From Acidobacteriota bacterium (GTDB lineage Bacteria; Acidobacteriota; Thermoanaerobaculia; Gp7-AA8): a stretch of 64,000 nucleotides of DNA. A program made the translations under genes and the position numbers. The stretch's first letter is position 1; the number at the start of each line of letters is the position of its first letter. The stretch is taken from NCBI GenBank assembly GCA_019244185.1, contig JAFATB010000015.1, positions 1 to 64,000 of the forward strand, given 5' to 3'. Positions 59,448-64,000 of this stretch are shown piece after piece. The notes under the pieces are model-generated. The model had not been told where the DNA came from. It saw only the letters and a program-made list of their open reading frames with translations, and did not search any database.

Positions 59448-59984
59448 ATGGCCGACGCGACGAAGATCCGCCTCATCATCTCCGACGTCGACGGCGTTTG
59501 GACGGACGGCAAGATCATCTACGCCGGCGAACGCAACGAGATCAAGGAGTTCAACGTGCGCGACGGCCTCGGGGCGAAGCTCGCGCAGAAGGCGGGCATC
59601 ACCATCGTGCTGCTGACGTCGCGCCGCTCGCATGCGCTCGAACGCCGCGCGCGCGAGCTCGGCATCCGGGAACTGCATCAGGGCGCGACGAACAAGCTCG
59701 AGGCGGCGGAGCGCATCGCGCTGCAGCACCAGGTCTCCTTCGACGAGATCCTTTACGCGGGCGACGACCTTCCCGACCTCGCGCCGATGTCGCGCGCCGC
59801 GATTTCCGCCGCGCCGTCGGACGCCGCTCCGGAAGTGCGCACGCTCGCGACGTGGAAGCTCGCCAGCGCGGGCGGCGGCGGCGCGTTCCGCGAGCTCGTC
59901 GAGCGCCTGCTGCGCGAGCGCGGCGACTGGGATGCGCTGGTGCGGGAGTTTCTCAGTGGCCGGCCCGACGCTGCGAGCATTTAG
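59448..59984 (+). CDS. kdsC: KDO-8-phosphate phosphatase (HAD)
   Basis: DVDGVWTDG, FNVRDG, GDDLPD, GGGGAFRE. Confidence 0.9.
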   Translation: MADATKIRLIISDVDGVWTDGKIIYAGERNEIKEFNVRDGLGAKLAQKAGITIVLLTSRRSHALERRARELGIRELHQGATNKLEAAERIALQHQVSFDEILYAGDDLPDLAPMSRAAISAAPSDAAPEVRTLATWKLASAGGGGAFRELVERLLRERGDWDALVREFLSGRPDAASI

Positions 59985-60870
59985 AACGCGCGTGCTGTAT
60001 CGCGCGCTGGTCGCCGTCAGCGCGATCGGCCGCCGCATTCCGCTGCGCATCGGACGCGCGTGCGGCCGCGCGCTCGGCTCGCTCGCGAACCTCGTCGCGC
60101 GCAAGGAACGCGCGAAAGCGCTCGCGAATCTCGCGATTGCGTTCCCCGACTGGACCGACGCGCAGCGCCGCGACACCGCGCGCGCGATGTTCCGCCACCT
60201 CGGCATGACGCTCTTCGAGATCGCGTACTTGCCGAACGTCACCGCCGCGAATCAGCAGCGCACCACAATCGTCGAAGGCATCGAGCCACTGCTCGAACGC
60301 ATCGACGACGGCCGCGGCGTGATCGTCTTCACCGCGCACTGCGGCAACTGGGAATGGCTCTCGTACGTGACGGGACTCTACGGTCGTCCCGTGAGCGTGC
60401 TGCAGCGCGAGCGCGACTCGCCGCAGATGAACCGCTACATCACCGAGCTGCGCGCGCGCGCCGGCGTGCGTACGATCGACCGCGGCTCCGCGAGCTCCGC
60501 GCGCGAGATGATCCAGAACCTGCGCCGCGGCGGCCTGCTCGCGTTCGTCGTCGACCAGAACATCCGCACCGAAAGTGTGAAGGTGCCGTTCTTCGGACGT
60601 CCCGCGCTGACGCCGATCGGCCCGGCGAAGCTCGCCGTGCGGACGGAAGCGGCGGTCGTGCCGGCGGTCATCGAACGCCGGCACGATGGGATGCAGCACG
60701 CACGCTTCCTCGCGCCGATCGAATGCAAGCGCGGCGACGATCCGGTCGCGCTCATCGCGCGCGTCACCGCGCTCATCGAAGAACAGATCCGCCGCGTGCC
60801 CGAGCAGTGGGTCTGGATGCACGATCGCTGGCGCGAGCGGCCGAAGTGGGACGTCAGCGACTCGCCCTGA
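59956..60870 (+). CDS. Lipid A late acyltransferase (LpxL/HtrB family)
   Basis: HCGNWE, DQ, VPFFG, PEQWVWMHDRW; follows kdsC. Confidence 0.88.
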   Translation: MAGPTLRAFRTRVLYRALVAVSAIGRRIPLRIGRACGRALGSLANLVARKERAKALANLAIAFPDWTDAQRRDTARAMFRHLGMTLFEIAYLPNVTAANQQRTTIVEGIEPLLERIDDGRGVIVFTAHCGNWEWLSYVTGLYGRPVSVLQRERDSPQMNRYITELRARAGVRTIDRGSASSAREMIQNLRRGGLLAFVVDQNIRTESVKVPFFGRPALTPIGPAKLAVRTEAAVVPAVIERRHDGMQHARFLAPIECKRGDDPVALIARVTALIEEQIRRVPEQWVWMHDRWRERPKWDVSDSP

Positions 60871-62170
60871 CCTCCTCGGCGGCGAGCGGCCAGTCGCCGC
60901 GCATGAAGGTGCGGATCGCCGCGAAGACCGTTTCGGGATGATCGAGCCACGCCGCGTGCGCCGCGCCGGGAACGGAGACGAAGCGCGCGTTCGGCAGCGT
61001 CATCGCCCAATCGCGCCCGCCCGCGTAGACGGCATTGTGATCGTTCGTGCCGTGGATGGTCAGCACCGGCATGGCGATCTTCTTCAGTTCGTCCGCGCTC
61101 AGCGACGCGCCGGTGATCGTCGGCCAGAGCGCCTCGAAGTGCCGCGTGATGTTCGCGGTCTGCTCTCCTTCCGTGCCGCAGATCGCGGCGAGGTCGATGC
61201 GTTGCGCGCCGGCGGGATCGGTGACGAGCGCGTAGCGCATCACGTCGAGGTTTGCGGCGCAGAGCTCCTGCTGCGTCGCGTTCGCGTTGGCGCGCGCGGC
61301 GGTGCGTTTCTGCAGGACGTCGTCCGGCACGTGGATGCCGCTCTGGTCGGGCGCCGTGAATGCACTGTCGTGGTTCGCCGCGGGTCCGATCTGCACGAGA
61401 CGCTCGACGTGCTCGGGGTGCGCGGCCGCATACATCGCCACCATCTTGCCGAGGTAGGACCAGCCGACGGGCACGAACTTGTCGACCTTGAAGAACTGGC
61501 GCACGGTCTCGAGGTCGGCGACGTCGTTCTGGATGGTCAACGTCTTGACGTCTGCGACGTGCGACGAGCGGCCGCGGTCGCGCGGGTCGTACGCGATCAC
61601 CGTCGCGAAGTCGGAGAACTGCCGGAACGCGTCGTACAGCCACGTCTCCAGCGGCACGATCATCGTGAACGGGCCGTCGCCGATGCGGCGGTAGTGCAGC
61701 TTCGCGCCGTCGGGCGTGGGGATGAAGCCTTCTTCGACTTTCGGATTGTTCTCCGGCAGCGCCGGCGCGCCGGAACCGCTGTCGAAGATGATCTTCCACG
61801 AGCCGTCAGCTTCCTTGCGCCAGACGGAGTTGTAGTTGCCGGTCAGGTTGCCCTGCGCGTCGTACACCGGTCCGGTCGACCAGCCGATCTTTCCGTCCGC
61901 CGACACCGCGACGCGCTCCGGGCCCCAGCGGAACGGCGCGGGACCGGTGAGGAGCCGCGACCAGCGGTCGACGACGGCCTGTTTGCCGTGCAGCGTGCGC
62001 AGGCTGAGGAACGTCGCGTCATCCGCGACCATCGAAAAGAAACGCGCCGCGTCGCGGTCGGCGAACGCTTTCGCGAACGCTATCTCGGTGGCCCGCACTT
62101 CCGACACCGCGTCGGCGAAGAGCGGGAATGCGAACAGACAGAGACCCACAACGGCCAGAAGTCGTTTCAT
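60854..62170 (-). CDS. Secreted fusion of an NTF2/SnoaL-like (DUF4440) domain and an alpha/beta hydrolase
   Basis: Signal peptide; WRKEADGSWKIIFD; YDPRDRGRS, GWSYLG, HGTND, GAAH; GGAGG RBS. Confidence 0.85.
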   Translation of the reverse strand: MKRLLAVVGLCLFAFPLFADAVSEVRATEIAFAKAFADRDAARFFSMVADDATFLSLRTLHGKQAVVDRWSRLLTGPAPFRWGPERVAVSADGKIGWSTGPVYDAQGNLTGNYNSVWRKEADGSWKIIFDSGSGAPALPENNPKVEEGFIPTPDGAKLHYRRIGDGPFTMIVPLETWLYDAFRQFSDFATVIAYDPRDRGRSSHVADVKTLTIQNDVADLETVRQFFKVDKFVPVGWSYLGKMVAMYAAAHPEHVERLVQIGPAANHDSAFTAPDQSGIHVPDDVLQKRTAARANANATQQELCAANLDVMRYALVTDPAGAQRIDLAAICGTEGEQTANITRHFEALWPTITGASLSADELKKIAMPVLTIHGTNDHNAVYAGGRDWAMTLPNARFVSVPGAAHAAWLDHPETVFAAIRTFMRGDWPLAAEEVRASR

Positions 62171-62317
62171 GAGCATCCTCCGGATTGTTGGTTGATGGAT
62201 GAGATCCGCGCCGGGATCGACCTGCTTCGTATCGTACAGGCCACGCCGCGCCCACAGCAAGCGTCGCTCGGCACGGCAGCGATACGTTCCTGCCAACACG
62301 TCGTTACGAAACCACGG

Positions 62318-63052
62318 TCAGCGCGCTTTCGCGACCACGATCGCACAGACGCGGGCAGCGCCGGCGGCGAGCAGCGGCGACGCACATGCGCGCAGCGTCT
62401 CGCCGGTCGTGCAGATATCGTCGACGAGCAGCACGGACTTGCGCGCCGCGCGCGGCGACGCGTGAAACGCATCGCGCACGTTCGCCGCGCGCGCGTGCTT
62501 CGGGAGCGTCGACTGCGTGAGCCGCGAGGCGCGGCGCGTCAGCAGGCGTGCGTCGAACGGCACGTGCAAGCGGCGCGCGAGCGCACGCGCGAGAAGCCCG
62601 GCCTGGTTGTAGCCGCGGCGGCGCTGCTTCGCGCGCGCCATCGGCACCGCCACGATCGTGTCGAAGGCAAGATCGCCGCGCGCGTGCAGCGTCTCCGCGA
62701 GCAGCGCCGCGAGCGCGTCGTCGAGAAAATCGTGGTGCTCGAACTTCAGCGCGTGCAGCAGCCGTTCGAGCGTGCCGCGATATTCGCCGAACGCCTCGCA
62801 CCAGTCGAGCGGCAGCGGCGCGGCGAGACAGCTCACGCAGAAATCCGCCTCGTTATACGGCAGCGGCAGCGCGCAGGAGCGGCACTTCGCGCCGTCGATG
62901 CGCGGCAGCGACGACCAGCACGACGCGCAGCAGGAGGCGGTGCGCGCGCGCCATCCGAGGTCGTTTCCGCAGGCCGCGCACCACGAGGGCAGAACGATTC
63001 GGAGCGCGCCGCGTCCTACTAACGACAACGCGCTGGCGACCACATTCTGCAC
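62318..63052 (-). CDS. comF: ComF family protein (Zn ribbons plus PRTase)
   Basis: Four CxxC pairs, RGYNQ, LVDDICTTG; start 63052 or 63058. Confidence 0.92.
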   Translation of the reverse strand: MQNVVASALSLVGRGALRIVLPSWCAACGNDLGWRARTASCCASCWSSLPRIDGAKCRSCALPLPYNEADFCVSCLAAPLPLDWCEAFGEYRGTLERLLHALKFEHHDFLDDALAALLAETLHARGDLAFDTIVAVPMARAKQRRRGYNQAGLLARALARRLHVPFDARLLTRRASRLTQSTLPKHARAANVRDAFHASPRAARKSVLLVDDICTTGETLRACASPLLAAGAARVCAIVVAKAR

Positions 63053-63114
63053 GCGCACATTGTATCGAGGAGCCTTCTTTGAAGAACGACAACCTGTTCG
63101 CTATAGTGCCGGCC

Positions 63115-63687
63115 ATGAAACGTGCCGCCTTTTTGCTCGCCCTCATTCTCGCGAGCGCACTCCCCGCGTTCGCGCAGTCGAATGAGGTCGGCGTCATCGT
63201 CGGCGGCAGCCGCCGCTTCATCGACAGCGCGCCGGCGCAGCCGGGCGACGAACTGCTCGACAGCAACTTCTCCTTCTCCAACAGCTCCGTCGACCTCTTC
63301 TGGGCGCTCGCCATCGACTCCGACACCGCCGTGCGCGTGAAGGTCGGCCGCATCGAAGGGCCGATTGCCGTCGAGACCGGCAGAATCGGCAACGAGCGCT
63401 CGCGCCGCGACGTCGAAGGCGAGATCCAGCACCTCGACGTGGCCACCGAGTACCGCTTCAGCGAAGCCTACGGCACCAGCGCGATCTTCGGCGGCGTCGG
63501 CTTCTACCGCCAGAGCGCGAGCGGTGCCGAGACGAAGAACAACTACGGCTTCAACGTCGGCGTGAACACCGACCTGCCGCTCTCGCGCCGCTACGGCGTC
63601 GTCGTCGAAGGAACGTACCACTGGATCCAGGGCGGTTTCCGCCCCCGTTTCCTCACCCTCGGCGCGGGCCTGCGCGTCTCGTTCTGA
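63115..63687 (+). CDS. Small outer-membrane beta-barrel protein
   Basis: Signal peptide AFA-Q, alternating beta strands, terminal GAGLRVSF. Confidence 0.82.
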   Translation: MKRAAFLLALILASALPAFAQSNEVGVIVGGSRRFIDSAPAQPGDELLDSNFSFSNSSVDLFWALAIDSDTAVRVKVGRIEGPIAVETGRIGNERSRRDVEGEIQHLDVATEYRFSEAYGTSAIFGGVGFYRQSASGAETKNNYGFNVGVNTDLPLSRRYGVVVEGTYHWIQGGFRPRFLTLGAGLRVSF

Positions 63688-63715
63688 CGGCGCCGTTTCT
63701 GGCGCCGTCATTGCT
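63685..63715 (+). promoter_or_regulatory. Hairpin overlapping a candidate sigma54 promoter upstream of the CBS gene
   Basis: TGACGGCGCC-GTTTCT-GGCGCCGTCA; TGGCGCCGTCATTGCT with GG at 63701-02 and GC at 63713-14. Confidence 0.5.
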
Positions 63716-63759
63716 CTTCTTTCTCCGGTTGTACGACACAACCTGACGAAGGAGGAATC

Positions 63760-64000
63760 ATGGCTCAGGAACGAAACCAAGGCTCGGACTCGCGCCACGT
63801 GCGCGACGTGATGACACCCAATCCCGAATGCGTGTCGGAGAAGGACAGCATTCGCGACGTTGCGCGGATCATGCGCGACGAAGACACCGGGGTCGTCCCG
63901 GTCGTCGACGGGAAGAAGGTCATCGGCCTCATCACCGATCGCGACATCGTCGTGCGCGGCCTCGCCGAGGGTAAGGATCTCGGCAACGCGCGCGTCAACG
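63760..64000 (+). CDS. CBS domain protein, partial (runs off the right edge)
   Basis: AAGGAGG RBS; VRDVMT.NP, PVVD, GLITDRDIVVR. Confidence 0.88.
   Translation, partial: MAQERNQGSDSRHVRDVMTPNPECVSEKDSIRDVARIMRDEDTGVVPVVDGKKVIGLITDRDIVVRGLAEGKDLGNARVN

Overview
GC-rich (roughly 68-70% by eye), gene-dense chromosomal window with about 64 genes and one tRNA-Leu(CAA). I saw no rRNA, CRISPR array, transposase, integrase or prophage. The protein styles (kinase-PD40 fusion, Pro-rich EGGVEGG TonB, basic RRxxVR C-terminal tails, LPS genes) suggest a diderm Acidobacteriota, probably Thermoanaerobaculia-like; this is inference. Content: leucine/acyl-CoA metabolism, two tandem subtilases, housekeeping genes (pncB, yebC, glpX, glnII, pepQ, purH, kdsC, comF), an SPFH/Zn-ribbon pair with a 1-nt frameshift, a polyprenyl-sugar modification cluster, and ligD coupled to a PNK-like kinase. 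Best candidates for undescribed biology: (1) an orphan PafA/Dop-like carboxylate-amine ligase with an Arg-rich DRR/ERR insert, flanked by two sigma54-type motifs and followed by a candidate structured sRNA; (2) subtilases with Glu in place of the catalytic Asp and a shared basic C-terminal tail; (3) a PNK-like kinase-ligD-SDR unit lacking Ku and the phosphoesterase domain; (4) two paralogous copies of an unknown small domain next to it; (5) pervasive leaderless-type promoters. All product calls come from motif recognition by eye; no database searches were run.
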